Shown: positions 35,370 to 50,434, counted from the stretch's first letter. The stretch is DNA of 64,000 bases from Bugula neritina (GCA_964035545.1 OZ037767.1:10178581-10242580), one strand, 5' to 3'. Notes: generated by a model from the sequence alone, not told the origin. Numbers and translations: made by a program.

Positions 35370-37295
35370 CTAATCTTTGGCAGCAAAAGAGCTGCCGCAG
35401 GAGCAACCAGCCTCAGCTTTGGGGTTGTCAATAATCCTAAATGCTGATCTGATAAGCTCTGTGTTGTAGTCTAAAGTGGCTCCTTTTATGAACTCCATTG
35501 AATCTGAATCAACCAACACTTGCGTTTTCTGGTAAACAATACATCTAGAAAATACAACAAAACTAAGGTGAGAGATTAATAAGTAAAGAATGCCTCATCA
35601 AGATTTGCATTGATCTTATATAGCCTAGAAGTGGCCAATTGTCAAAATAGTAGGGATGTTTTCACTTTCTTGAATATTTGGGTGTGAATATTGTGAGAAA
35701 TTTAATGAAGTTTACTAAATAGAGATAGACTAGATACAAATGTTTGTCGTGATATGAAAAAGTAACAGCACTTCTGTAGAAAATAACTCATTAATCAGTG
35801 AATCAGCTTCTTCATGCTTTTAAAAACAGCATTTTTGAGGAAAAGAAGATCGCAATTTAAAGAAATGTTTTACTTGATCGTAAAAGTGAAAATTGTTTTT
35901 CAATACATCAAAACTTCTTTTTAATGTCTCAAGTCTAGCAACAGTAAATTTTTCTAGTTTTTGAAGGAATCATATACAAATACACAATTTTGATATAATT
36001 AATTATAAACTCATAATGTTCATAACTATCAGACTAATATGCATGTGTAAAATAAAATACAAACCATATCAAAATAAAGAGGATAACTTACATATCATCA
36101 TCCTGAGCCGTAGCCCCTGGATCTTCCAGAGAGAATAAGTACTGGAAGCCAGAGCAGCCGCCCCCCTCCACTGTGATACGGAGAGAACCTCCATCTGCAC
36201 ACACCTTCTGCATTTGCTGTAAAACATAATACAGTCCACTTCAAGTGAATCACCTGACAATCTTACAGTAAGATGCTGGATGTGAGATTTTGTTCAGCGT
36301 TTATGTTAAAGTTAATAAAAGGTTTGGTTATAATTGCAAGACTAAGGTTATTATTCCATAGCCACCCAATCAACATTTTGGGTTCCATTTTAATACTATA
36401 CAAAGAATTGTTTCAGTACAGAGCGCCACAAGGTTCTGAAACTTCACTCACAATAAAGGCTGAACTTGATTATTACTTGTAGTCACTATTCAAAAATTTA
36501 GAAAAAAAATTGTTCACAGGTCGAGTTAATAATGGGAATTTAGTCCTTTCTAGAAAAAAGATTTGCTTACATAACCGTTATTATGATTGATTTAATGATA
36601 AAATTGACATGTTTTAAAATGAATTTATCTAAACACTTTTCAAAAGCGGTGTTTTCTAGTTTAAGAAACTCATGAAAATAATACTTGTACAATAAAAGAG
36701 GCAGGTCTGTGGCAAGCACTTTTATTGCAGGTGTCTAATCAATTTATTCATTTGCAGCAGGAGTTATAGCAACACTTTATCTGTTACCTTCACTCATTCA
36801 AATCATAATTATAAGTTCAAGTCAAAATTATAAGGGAAATACAAAACAACAAAAACTGGACATAAATCTAATCTATGTATTTTATGAGTGATGAACAAAG
36901 AGTAACATCAGATGATGGTGAAACTTTGTTTTAACAGAAATAATAAACTTCTTGGTTAGCTTGCCTGATGTTTTGTGTTCATTTTAAAAATATATCTTTT
37001 GAAGAAAAATTATTGTGTGTAAAATCTATTAGAAACGTTTCTACACCATAAAATTCATTAAAATACACAATATCTATGAAATATAACATTTTAGCTGGAT
37101 GGTTTATTTCTTCACTACAAAGAAAATATTTTGAAGTAAGGAAATTATTTACAACATACTCAGTGCACGTAAGAGTCCGAAACAAAAGGAAATAAGTGGA
37201 AGACATTAGTACTAGTAAAAACTGACCTGGACAGCTCTCTCATTGATCAGGATGGTATCAGGAGAAGGTGGTTGGTGAGAGTAACATCTCAACAT
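35370..37295 (-). CDS. ISCA2: Iron-sulfur cluster assembly 2 homolog, mitochondrial; exons 37227-37295 (5' end uncertain), 36092-36216, 35370-35544
   Basis: LRITVEGGGCSGFQY, VLVDSDSMEFIKGATLDYNTELIRSAFRIIDNPKAEAGCSCGSSF. The frame stays open upstream to an acceptor near 37368 and reads like a presequence. Confidence 0.93.
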
Positions 37296-40200
37296 TGGAG
37301 CTACAGCGGAAAACTTTCCACTCCATGAAAAATTTTGATATGTAAAAGGAGAGATATTGAATAGTCTCCTAAAATAAAAGAATAATTCTAAGATATATAA
37401 TGTTATAGTGTGAGAGCTTTGATACAAACCTTGGTTCTCATATAGACATTATTCCTTAGATACTACGTGTAACCGACAATTCAATTTTACTGAACGTGTT
37501 CTTTAGAAAATTATAACATTTTTACAAGCAACAATAATATAAACGTGGCCATCAGTGGTATTAACGGATGGCATTTCTCTAAAGGTTAAATCAACAGTGA
37601 GGCCAAAATTTAACAATTAAAAAATCAGCTGTTAATTTCCGGTCCAATGTAATGCAGAGTCACCTAGTGTTTGACTATAGACTATGAATTTTTACTCTTG
37701 ACATACCCATTGAAGATACTAGAAAACACTACTTGTATATTATAGAATTATATACATTGAATCATTTATTTAAAATCTTAATTTTATGCCTCTAAAAACA
37801 AAAGCCAACTCTTGTCATAACTAATGCAAATTAACTTTACAAAAGTTAATTATGTTATACAGGCTACTTGAGCTAAATTTTAGAGATCAATGTTTCATAG
37901 CAATGTTGACTAAAATATGTGATTGAAGGCTGTGTAACTAAATAACTGATTAACTCTAAGAACAAACCGTAAGCTCATTGTCCTTGATGATGTCCAACAT
38001 TCACAAACAGGAACTTCTGGGTAAACATTTCAAATTGTGTGAAACAGGAAAAGAAGAGAAAGTCAATCAATCCGCTGACTCAAGGCCAATTGTAATTCAG
38101 TCACTCAATCAACCTAAACATTCATTTTGACATAATTATAAATTAAAGCTATTTCAATAATAACAGCAGCTTTTATTTACATGTCTAATGTATAGAAAAT
38201 CATTGTGAAAATATGACGCTTCCATTCAGCTTAAAATATATAGGATATATGAATGTGCTTTGCATCTGCGTGGTTTACTAAAATTACATAAGTAAGTAGT
38301 TGCACCATCCATGTGCATGTAGTGCAATTTGGCTTTGCTTTGTATTTTATTTATGCCTGATTATTTGAAATTGCGGTTAAGAATTCGATTTGGAAAATGT
38401 GAGTAACTATTAACATTAGCCATTGCACTTTCTAAAAAGCCAAGTTAAGCTTGCACATACCTCTCCCCGGGGTTAGAGCCAAAAGGATATAAAACAAAAT
38501 AAAAAGGACAAAAACCAACTCTGCTTATAAAATTTGAATGCAAGAGTATTGCTAAAAGTAAAACTATAAGTATTAGTTTAACTATAAGTATTTGTATTAG
38601 TAATACTTATATAATAATACTAATTGTCATAATCACATAGCCTACTGATACTGATATTAAATTTAATAATCTTACGGCTACTCTGTCACCCATGAAGTAA
38701 TAATGTCATTATTATCATAATTATCATTAAATTAAAACATTATCACTATGATTATGGTTATATAAATATTATTAAATTTAATCTTATGAGTTATGGCTAT
38801 TACTATTAGTATTAAATTCAGTACTTACAGTTAGTGTTACTAATACTATTATTATTATTACTACAACTTTTACTGACACAACTTGCAGTTGCACTACAAT
38901 AATTAAAGATCACTATGACTATCAGTATCACTATCACTATGACTATCATAATTAGACAAGCTCAAGTTGAAGTTCAACTTGAACTTCGAGTTGGAGTTCA
39001 CTATCAAAATATCCCTCTTTGCTTTTAAGTTTAAGTTTTATAAAATTGAAACTTAAGTTTAAAAATTAAAAAATTGAAACTGGAACACGGTACATCAAAC
39101 TCAATAAATTAATATGACTTATAACTATAACTACAAGTTAATAACTTGATAGTTAATAACTAAATAAGCAAATCATAATCATTATCATTATCAATGACAA
39201 TAGCCAACACATCGTACAATATTATTTTTACAGTAACAGTATTACTAGTTTCTTACCAACCTTATTAAAATAGTGCAAGTATCAAAAATAGTAGAAATAA
39301 TTAACGATAAATTATAACTGCATTCAGTTTCACTAAACTTCAACTTGTGTGTACTTAATCTTATAGTTATACTGATAGTTATTTAATTTTATTTCATCAT
39401 TTAGTACCCAAATTCTGTTTTTGTCCTTGACTTAGACATATATGAATAGCGACTCAAACAATTTATTTTTTTTACAAATATTTTGTTTCTGATGAGGGTT
39501 GTAATGTAATCGTGCCGACTACTAGAGTTAATTTTTAATGTTAAGAATTTTAATTTCCGGAAAATCTGCAGCTAGTGTGATTTAATTTTGTGCCAAGAGT
39601 TTCGGTCGCAGTGTTGAGACTGGTTGCTCTGGATTTTCAATTCTTGGGGCAATTTTAGTTTACTATATAAGCCCCTTGACAGAGAACAAACAAATTTGGT
39701 AGTTTATAATAAATTTATCAAGGCTTGCAACTGATATTTGATATTGAAAAAGGTGCAGTTTTATTCGTTGAAGGCATCATAGACATAAGTATAACATTAA
39801 GTTTAACAATCACTCCATTGGCAAAGCCAAAGGCAGATGCCAAGCCCAATGGCATTACATTTACTGATAGTGATTATATTTATTCAATACTGATTACATT
39901 TACTGATTACTCGGTCATACTCATAACTCATAGTCATACTCATAGAGTCATAATCATCTAAGTCTAATACTAATTGAATAATTGACATTGTGATTGTTAA
40001 TGTTATGCTTATAATTATTGTCTATTTTCCCTCGATGAAATATTTTTAGTAAATCACTAAATGTATTTAATCTAATTAAAATAGTATTAAGATATGTATC
40101 ACATTTAGTTTTACTATAATTTAAATGTAATAACTTCTTTTTTTAATTTTATTTTATATGATAATGATGATCTTAATTAATAATTTAGTTTGTGTTGTGT

Positions 40201-40641
40201 TCATTATGTTCATGTCATCATGACTGTTGTAACCATCATCATCATGATCATTGTGAATATCATGATTTCAATTGTCAGATAATTCTTTATGCATACTTTT
40301 ATTACTAAGTTTTAAGTAAATATGAGTTTTGTAAAATGAAAATGAGATTTTCAGCATTTATTAATTTATTGTTTAAGTTTGTGAAGCTAAAATAAAAAAC
40401 TACACAGTGCATTTTACTTGACATTATAAAAGTATATAATTAAACCAATGTTCACAAACACTCATAATAGTATATAATTATTCCGATGTGCAATTACGAT
40501 TTAAAATGTATATTGAACAATTAAATATTTTGGTTTGCCTGTTGAATAAAACATCTCATTACATGGATGCGAAGCTTCAGAGTTTGTGGCTACATGTAGT
40601 GGGTTGTATATACAATAGGTGTGGTGTTCCAAGGGTACAGC

Positions 40642-42409
40642 ATGGCTGCTACCTCTCCCATTGAGGGTAAAACAGTATGGTTTCAGAAAGAAGTAACTTT
40701 GCAGCAGAGAAGTAAAGGATGCCATTTATTGGATGAAGAAATTTTATCTAAACTACCTGAAATTTCTAACCTGAAAGTTGGCACAGCACATATTTTCAGT
40801 GGGTTCCTGTTTCAATTATTACTCGATGAAATTTCACACATGATGAAATATCATAAACTTAGATTGAAGACATTTCCTCCAAACTTATTCTTTGTTTTTA
40901 CTATTTGCAATAGTCTGGTTCTTTGCATTCGTCAGACTTTCTGAATTGGAGAGAAGCAGTCAGTGTTGGTGACTGAGCTGCTGCAAATTCTGGTGGGATA
41001 AACTAAAGGCTACTATAAGGACTTTGTATTTTTGTTGGTTCATATTGCTAATAAGATTTTAATAATTTCATGTATAACACAAGTTCTATTTATAAACTGT
41101 GCACTTTACATCGGTGAATGCATGTCTCATTTTGTTTTATAGTCAAACACACCACAGCGTCTCTAATATTATGTGAGAATTGGGACAAAGAAGTGCGAAC
41201 TGATATGACTATGGTTATGGATAAGATAGTTCCTGAGGTATGCTCAATGAGCTTTCTTATTCGTAGAACTGTTATTTTATGTTTATATTTAGCTTGATTA
41301 GTTGTAAGCTTTTAGCTAAATGGCTATTTACTATTGCTCGTATATTACCTCTACATGCATGGCAAGCTGCTCGTATAAATGATGTTGATGTTGTTGCATT
41401 TTCGGTTGTATTATGCTGCGGATATGTATATTATGCATTAGCAATGCTACAGGGTAGAGTTTTTATAGGAATATCGCTTGTTGAAGTATATTTTGAAATA
41501 TTCAGTCTGTACATGCCATTCAAAAATGCTTCTTAAATATTTTTGGGATTTGTTTTTAGAAATGGAATTATGCTCACTGCTATGAAGGGCCAGACGATAT
41601 GGTAAGTTGAGAGAAATGTTTTATATTGATGCACAGAGCTACACAAGCAAATTAATTTCAACACTTGTAGCTCATAACTAGATAATTTTATTTTACTGTA
41701 GCCAGCTCACGCTAAGTGTGCTCTTATGGGTTCGAGTGTCACTATTCCAATCACAAAGGGAAAGTTTAACACAGGGACGTGGCAAGGACTGTGGTTGTGT
41801 GAGCATCGCTATAATGGAGGTAGGTTTACAGTCCTAATTTTGTTTTGCGTACTTTAAATACTGGTTCTCACGAAGTGGAAGTCTGCATGAAATTCTAAGG
41901 ATCAATTTATAAAAAGCAAGGAAGGCATTCCAGGTCTATATTTACCAATACAAAAAAAGTAGCAGCTTAATACTTCTACAGCTGAAATTTTGCAGGTCTA
42001 TCAGCAAAAAATAGATTTTTTGGTTCCCACGTGCCTTTGAACTTATGTTTTTAGTTTTGTAAAACAACTTTTTGCTGCATTTATGGGTGATTTCTTAATT
42101 CAAGAGCCAAAAATTATATACTGTTTTGCATTTCATCATAAAAGGCTGAAATTTTGGAATCAAAGCCAACTACTAACGTGGAACATGGAATTTCTGTTCT
42201 GCTGGTAGACAATTCACAAAAACAAATGTTCTCTAATTATCGACAGCTTCATTGCTATAATTTGCGGGGATATGTTGCATAAATACCATCTATCTAAATT
42301 CTAATGTTTGTAGGTCTATAAGAGATAAGATAGCTAGTCTTTTGAACAGGTTTTTTGTTTTGTTGTAGGAGGGAGAAAGCTGGTTGTGACTATTAATGGT
42401 TGCCAATGA
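40642..42409 (+). CDS. UPF0047/YjbQ family protein; exons approx. 40642-40798, 41142-41237, 41560-41601, 41702-41819, 42369-42409
   Basis: WFQKEVTL..GCHL, KHTTASLILCENWDKEVRTDM, HCYEGPDDMPAHAK, GTWQGLWLCEHR..GGRKLVVTING. Confidence 0.93.
41996..42210. mobile_element. Degenerate MITE-like element in a YjbQ intron
   Basis: Imperfect inverted ends GTCTATCAGCA..GTTCCCACGT / ACGTGGAAC..TGCTGGTAGAC. Confidence 0.4.
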
Positions 42410-43597
42410 TGTCTGTTATTTGTTCTCAGAAATAAGGGCACCACTAGTTGAGTTTTGCTGTTCCTAAGTACTATACAGATCATGTGAAAAGTTATTTATT
42501 ACAATTGTACAGTGCATAGAAACCAGTTGACTTTATGCTTTTTTACATCATGAAATTTGTTTATTTTCACATTTATTTTTCCATTTTATGAAATAAAAGG
42601 CCTATGAAATTTGACTCCATCATTCTCAGAAAAAGGAAAATAAAGTTTTTGCTGGCCATCAGTTCAAATGTGTGACATTTGTTAGAACAGTTTTCGTCTG
42701 AATGTCTGTGAGGCTGTTGTAGTGTATCTTTTTCATTCGTGTGTTCAAGTTGTCTCTCTGTGATCTTAGGATTAATTTGTTTGATATGCAAAAATTTCCG
42801 TGTTAGTTTTTAGAAAGGAATTTCACACACATAACTATGTATAATTCTGGTTCCCCGAAATTAGAAAGACATTTAAGTTAGATCAAGATTTCAATTATGT
42901 CACCCAAATTCAGAGATGAGTAGAGAGGGTTTATTATTCAAGAAGGGTAAATTAACCTTCAATGAAAAATACCTTGCATCAAGAATATAGCCACACTCAC
43001 TGTAATAGTAATAATGGAAACAGCTAAAGAAATCGTTGGAGCAAATAGGTGTTACAAGCACAGAAAGCTATTCCAACAAATAAAAAAAGTTCAACTCTAT
43101 ACTAAAAGAAACGAGTGTACAGTTGCTTACCCGACACAAAATATCAACATGAATAAGGCTTTGCAAATAATGGCCTGGTAATTCAGAATTATCTACTCAT
43201 TCATTCTCGTTCAACAAAGTGTTGGGCACAAAATTCAATAGTAATTACAATTACAACTTTTACAACATTGTTGCTCATAAGGAATACAAAAATAGTGCAA
43301 TGGATTACAAATCTTGAACCATTGGTCAAATACAATGATAAATATAGTTGCATTTATTAAAATTATTTACATTTTTTACAATGAACCTCTTTTATAGAAA
43401 GTATGCCACAACGTTAATTTTTTAAAAACACCTCATTTTAGCATGAGCAAGAAAAACAAGGGAATATTTTGTCATACGAGCACATCGAATAGTACAGTAT
43501 AAAAACGTTCGTGCTAAAACACAACTGCATAGTTATTAATGCTGTGTGGAGTACCCATATAGTCAGAGAATATAACTCCTAGATAGTGTAGCAACCT

Positions 43598-46500
43598 TTA
43601 CGCTCTGAGGTTTGGCTTGTGTTTAATTACAAATCTACAAAAATCGAAATATGCAGGAGTAATCTTTTATAGCATTAATCACCATTTGTAATAATTACAA
43701 AATAAAACAATTATATGACAGAAAAGTTGGCAGAATAATTGGTGTTACTCAAAGCATACATTGCAAAATTAGATGACATTTATAAAATAAATAGAGGTAG
43801 GTGCATTATTGAAATAGAAAAGAGCCTGTCTTCTAGATCAGAAATGTAGCATAGGAAGTTACGTCTTTGAAAAAAAGATCTCAACCAGTGCCCCGAAAAT
43901 TCATTAAAAAATCAAGGAACTTAGGGTATCTCAGCTTCTCCACTGCTGCACCTAAATACAGAAACAGTCCTTACCTGTCCAATACTTCCCAGAAGTTCTG
44001 CAACTGAGCTCGGTCCAAGTGCCGTCTATTTCTGTCCAGCATTAGGACTTTGACATCCCATTTTTTGATATTGGGATCGGGTGGCATGTCTTTCAACTAA
44101 ACAATATTATAACTACATAATATCTAATAGACAATAGCATATACAGTGCTCCCGCTGTATCTCACTAAGCTACGGGTCCAAAAATCTTCACCCATGACAT
44201 AGTAGAACTTTCAGATCAGTTAGATTTAGTCATTTTGTCCCTATACACACATACATTAACCACAAAACGGGGTCCAAGCCCTTCTCATGACCTGTGGAAT
44301 TTCGTGAGAAATGGAACCATGAGATATGGAGGGAGCACAGAATTTGGCTGTAAATCATTCCAACTAGTAATTTTTAGTCACGGTAACAAGGAAATAAAAA
44401 ATATTGTAGAAGCTGTCTAGGAGAATAATATTCTAACCTGCAAGTAAAATCCTTTCATTTTGGTGAATATTTCTACTGGGTTAGACAGAGGCCAGGCTTT
44501 GAACTGCCACGCCGGTCCTTGCACAAACACAGCCACCACCCGATCCCTGAAACATATATTGATGCTTAGTGGCTCGATTATTGGGAAATGCAACACGACT
44601 AATTTGAGAGAGCCTTAGCAATAATGATGTTTCTACCACACAAAAATATGATTGTTAACTTCCTATGTGACATTGGGTAAGTGATTGAAATAGTAAGGGT
44701 TATCTCCCTGGCACAAATAAGGCTATATAATAATTATTAGTTGGGCGCTTGTTAATTATCACAATAAGAATAAGTTTTAAACACCAAAATGGCATGAAAA
44801 AAGAAAATACCCAAATGCATTCCAGCGTCTTGATCTACTATTACGATTCAGTAAAAATGCACATTTTAGTGAAGATTGGACCCGTTTAACAACGTTGCTT
44901 CATTACTATTACCAACATACATTTATACAATTAATCAAATGAATGCAAATTAATTGCCTTTAGTTACTAGTACAGGTCCAGTAGTTGCTAGTAAACAGAA
45001 ACCATGCAATAGCTGGTACTATACCATGCAATAAATGGTACTATACCATGCAATAGATGGTACTATACCATGCAATAGCTGGTACTATACTATGCAATAG
45101 ATGGTACTATACCATGCAATAGCTGGTACTATACTATGCAATAGATGGTACTATACCATGCAATAGATGGTATTATACCATGCAATAGCTGGTACTATAC
45201 TATGCAATAGCTGGTACTATACTATGCAATAGATGGTACTATACCATGCAATAGATGGTACTATACCATGCAATAGCTGGTACTATACCATGCAATAGCT
45301 GGTACCATACTATTCACTGCTAATATATTAAGTCACTCAACAGCTTCAACAAATCTAAATTTCCAAAAGACACACAGACAGACACGGGTTAGCGTGGAGA
45401 TAATTACCAGTCAGTATGAGCCAACTTCATGGGGTTATCAATCACCCTGTAGGGGATGGTGACATCATCACGTTTCCTCTGAATCAGCACCTCGTTGTCC
45501 CTTTTCACCCCCTCTTTCCGCTTTTGTTCAGCAGAAACATACCTGGTAATACGACACAGTAAATCTCATCATTAAAAACTCTTAGCAATTCATATAAAAA
45601 TTTAGGCAGCTGATGATTTTTGTTTTTACATAAAAAAAAGAGCAAATAAAACTGTGATTATTTTTAGAAACAGAAAACTTTGTTGAGAGCTCATTGTATG
45701 TTTGCTTGCTGAAAAAAGAACATATACTAAAGATGAATCTTACTCAGCACTTAGCTGGCTACACAGGATTATTCTAAACAACAAGACAACTAGGCAATAA
45801 GAAAAGATATACTTTAAATCTTGAAGGATGTCCTTTGCATTGATCATCTGTATGAGGGAGGTGGTGGACGCAGGTATTATGATGATAGGGGTCCGCGACG
45901 TTCGCTTGTTGCTGGGAGGGGGCCGAGCATCAGATATAGGTCGAGGAGTCTGTCTGTTCGGCTGCTCGACAGGACGTCTTCCTGTAGACACGCCTTCTGT
46001 CACGGATTTGAGAGATGATCCCTGGAAAGTCTTGGTTACGTCGATTCTGAACTCATCGGTTTCTGGAGAAACAATGTAAAGCATGTGAGAAAGTCAGCTT
46101 CAGCAAACAAGGTAGGTGCGGTAATGGAGAATTGAGAAAAGCCTGTGTCCTAGATTAAAAATGTAGCATAAGAAGTCATGCTTTTGCGAGAACTTCAACC
46201 CGCACCCCAAACCAAAAATTTAATAATAAAATTAAAGAACTTAGGCTATCTCAATTTCTCCACTACTGCTCCTAAATGCAGCACACATGAGCTGAAGCTC
46301 TAACATACTCTCTGGATATACTTTGATGAATATAGTTCTCATTACCTTCCTTCTGCTTGAAACTCTCCTGTTCGTATCTGTTGTAAGTGGGGGGTTGGTT
46401 GGATTTAGCGGTGGAACTTTGCGAAACAGAAGTGTGCGTAGACGGGACGGTAGAGTGTTTTCCTTCTTCACGCGCTTTCAATGACGCCAAGATTCCAAAT

Positions 46501-49500
46501 ATATTTTGAGCAAATAACTTTCCATTGCTATACAAGGCAAAACAGAATATTGTTGAAAATCTGGGCATACAGAGATAGCCAGTGTTAAACATATGTGTTC
46601 TATGTTGAAAACCGGCGGCATTTAAAACCCGGCTTATTTTGCAAATTTAAAAGTATCCAAGTGATCACATGTTTTTCAAAATAATTGGTTGTGCAGGTTG
46701 AAAATTACGTATTCACTCACAAACGAGCACATTTCTTTACAAAACCTGCAGTAAACGCAATCTAGTGTGATGCAAAACATTTCTTCATTCTTATTGAATA
46801 CTTCAAACTTTGCCAGCAGGAAAATCTCGCCACCTCAATATGTTTGTCATCATAATTAAGTTTAGGCAATATCTGGTTTTAACAGACGTGTTTTCCATAG
46901 AAATGTTTCAATGTGAACAGGCATTAAGAGCCCACAACTCCGATATAAAACTACTACTCAGTGTAGTTCACCTCTAGCAGTGACTATACATAAGGAAACG
47001 TATAGTAAGTGAAATGCTGACCTCTGCAGTATAGTAACACGAGTTCTCCATAACCTCTCCTTGCTGATGATATCCCTTGACACGGCCAACTCCGCATCCA
47101 CAAAACTCCTCTGTTCAAATGCTGATGGTTCATCGTCACTCGCTAGACAGTGGTTATATAGTTGGATAATATACACAGTGAGATGGTATACACAGTGAGA
47201 TGGTACACACAGTGAGATGGTATACACAGTTAGATGGTATACACAGTGATCATCCGAACACACACACATATATAATAGATGAAGGATGTGAAAATAAAAA
47301 TATGCGTTATTTCAACAAAAATATGATGTTAATAACTAAATAGGTTATTTCTAGTTTGACAGCTGAAAATGAGTTGGAACTTCCTCAAGAGTTCTCATTT
47401 CAGCACATTTCATAGAATTATTATGACAAATACGGACTTCACTATCTTCAAATTCCAGCTGCATAACACAGAGCTGCTAACCCTGGAGCCAGTTCACATA
47501 TCAAATCACCTAATGTTGAAGCTCCTTTACTCTTCATATGAATTCTGGTTCGTAGTATGGGTCGCAATTTTCAACATAACCTAGGTTTTTAGTAAAATCT
47601 TCTCTATAAAACACAATCTTGGAATTTCCAAACTTGCCCCTAGTCTTTTATAGAATAGCAACTACCTAAGGCGATTAGAATGGTCTTGACCCATACAAAT
47701 GCTTTGATAAAGCATTTGCTCTACAGCTTCCAACTATCCTCCACTCTAATGCTAGTCCTACGGCTACCAGCTGCAGACCTACATGCTGCCTGTCAACTAT
47801 TGAGGCATACAAGACTAGACTCACCTTTTATGGTAGTTCTCTTTGTGGCTAACCTCTTGGCCTTCATGGCAGCAATCTGTTCCATAGTCAGCATAGTAGA
47901 TATAGTAGATTTCCTGAAACAGTTGGACTACACGTTACCACAGAACAACACAATGGTAAGACGGGTTACCACACATGGCCAATAACATCAACATACGAGT
48001 ACTAATAACATCAACATCACGGTTACCACAAGTTAGCAATGTGCGGGTGGATATGAACACTTACTCAGCCCCGGCAGCAGGCACAGGTGCAGACAGCGCA
48101 GATTTGGCACCATCCAGTTTGGCAGCGAATCTCTCTTTATCTCTCTGCACTTTCTCCTCTTCAAACTTCTGTCTTTTCTTTTCTAAATCATCAGATTCTT
48201 CAGCAGGACGTTTGGTAGGGGGGACAGGAACTGTGAGAAATGAACTAAATTGACTCACCACTCACTCACTCGTCTCAAAAACCAAATAATTCAACAGTCC
48301 CAAGTATCTCGTGTGGATTTTAGGGGTATTTTTAAAACTCCACAATTCTTCTAAAAACATATCTAACAGCTCCTTTCCATTACTTTGCACAACTTATAAG
48401 CAAAATTGAGAGTTGAAGTAAACTTTCAAACACATCTACAGCATATGGTAATCTTGTAAGGTTTCCACACAAACTAACGCTGTACAAGAAACTACCCACC
48501 ACCAGGACTTGGGTCACTTCAACATAACAAGGCATGTAAGTCAATAAAAATTATAAAGCTAATCTCATAAAATTTATTTCAAGATTATCCACAAAACTGA
48601 CTAACTTTAAAAATGTCGACAGCATGTGCTATAACCAAAGCTCTGAGAATAACCTAAGCGGGACTTGCTGTGTGCTCAACCAAAATGTCTTCAATAAATG
48701 TCAAGTAACACTCAGTCTTCAGGTACACAGTCATACAGACCTAACTTGGGAGCTGAAATGGGTATCTCAAGAGGGGCACTCTTGTCAATGCTACCAGATG
48801 TAGTGGTCTCTGCATTCAAATACGCTAGCAAGTCTCTTCTGTCAGGTCGACGCACCACAGGCACATTTCCTTGCTAAAACACAGTTCATAGCATCAGTAG
48901 AGCAGCTCACAATACTCATAGCATCTGCAAGAACTTGGTGCTTTGTGCATGCATTATATATTACCATTCGCTATCACGGACAGTTTAACAATCAAGTTGA
49001 ACTGTAAGTTTTAAAGTTAAGGATTTAGTTAAATGCGGAGAAACTTACTGCAGCCTGTCGCACATACATTGCGTGTGGAAGATGGACATTTTTAAGGAGG
49101 AATAAAATACAATCCACAGTATAATACTCCTTTGCCACACTTTCTTTACCCGTACTGCAAAATTCAATATGGAACACTAAGCAGCAATACTACTAACTAA
49201 TGTATGAACAAGAACATTTTCGTGAAGGAGGCATTAAGAGTTTATTATGGAGAATAGCATAACAATTATTCAAATTGACACTCAGATGATGGTTATAAGT
49301 TGCAAGAGCCACAAAATATCACTTTGAAAAGCCGAGTCACTGATGGCAGGCAGTTTTAATGCTGAGGTAAACAATGTGCTTATTCACCTGTTGACAGAGA
49401 GCAACAAATGTGCAATGCAATGAAAGTTTACTAAAATATTAAAAGAGAACCAAAAAATAAAATGTTCCATCGTAAGCAAGTTGACCATTAAACATTGATA

Positions 49501-49983
49501 ATTATATATATATATATACATTATTCATAATTGTAACTAAATTGAATATTCACACTTACTAGTGATATCTTAATTACTCAGTTTAAACTTAACTTGAAAT
49601 TGTTATTTCTAAATTGTAAAAAACATAAACAAAATTTGTACTAAGAAGTATTTCAAAACTATCAACCTCTCTATTATAAAACTAAGTGAGTGACCATCAT
49701 TGCGGGGGGGGGGGGGAACTAATTAAACTTTTTTCAACTGAATATTGGTCCCTTTATTTTGTGCCCAAAGATTTTAGTGATAATTTAGTATGCTTCTTGT
49801 AACAAATTTTGTTGTAAAATTTTTAACCCAATCAACAAATAGTAATTGGTACCCATATTGAACATAGTTGGTCTTTGCAGTCTTCTGCCAGGCTTTGTCA
49901 CCAAAAATCACCAAATCATTCCGTTCTTCAATATCTTTCTTGTTGACATTGTATTCCCGGATGGCACTTAGCACATCTGCCAT
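43598..49983 (-). CDS. CDC73: Parafibromin / CDC73 (PAF1 complex), 12 exons
   Basis: [13 protein letters not shown].., [128 protein letters not shown]. Confidence 0.97.
43799..43953. mobile_element. ~155-bp MITE, copy 1 (last CDC73 intron)
   Basis: Similar along its length to 46114-46273, with inverted ends AGGTGC.../...GCACCT. Confidence 0.6.
44144..44340. mobile_element. Tc1/mariner (Tigger/pogo-like) MITE
   Basis: TA|CAGTGCTCCCGCTGTATCTCA ... TGAGATATGGAGGGAGCACAG imperfect TIRs. The right TA is not intact. Confidence 0.6.
45001..45310. repeat. 22-bp minisatellite, ~14 copies, CDC73 intron
   Basis: Unit ACCATGCAATAG(A/C)TGGTACTAT. Confidence 0.95.
46114..46273. mobile_element. ~160-bp MITE, copy 2 (CDC73 intron)
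   Basis: ~30-bp imperfect TIRs AGGTGCGGTAATGGAGAATTGAGAAAAGCCT / AGGCTATCTCAATTTCTCCACTACTGCTCCT. Confidence 0.65.
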
Positions 49984-50434
49984 TATCTCGTAAACCGGGT
50001 TAGTTGATTATTACTGCAACAAAAAACAACGAATATTAGCCAATACCAAATATTTATTTATACTATTTTTAGCTCCAAGACTAAACTTTAGTATGAGTAG
50101 ATTGTTTAATAAAGTAAGCAAGTGCATAGGCCTATATTAAAATCTTTCGGCCATAAAAGAAAAATGGCCACTTTCAGGGTAAAATTTAATAAAACTCTGG
50201 ACTTTATTTTTAGCTTAAAATAATCTTTTCGCAATCGAAAATTTTAAAGGAAATATTTTTAACATAAAATGTTTGTTTTACTTACAGTTAGAGTATTAGC
50301 TACTATTACCATTAGTATTAGTAATATCAACTCGAAGTCTATTGCAATAACTGAATAGCTAATAATTGAAGTTAAAAATTTATTCTATTTGTAGTTATAC
50401 TATAACTATAAGCACAAGGCTAGGCTATTAATTG

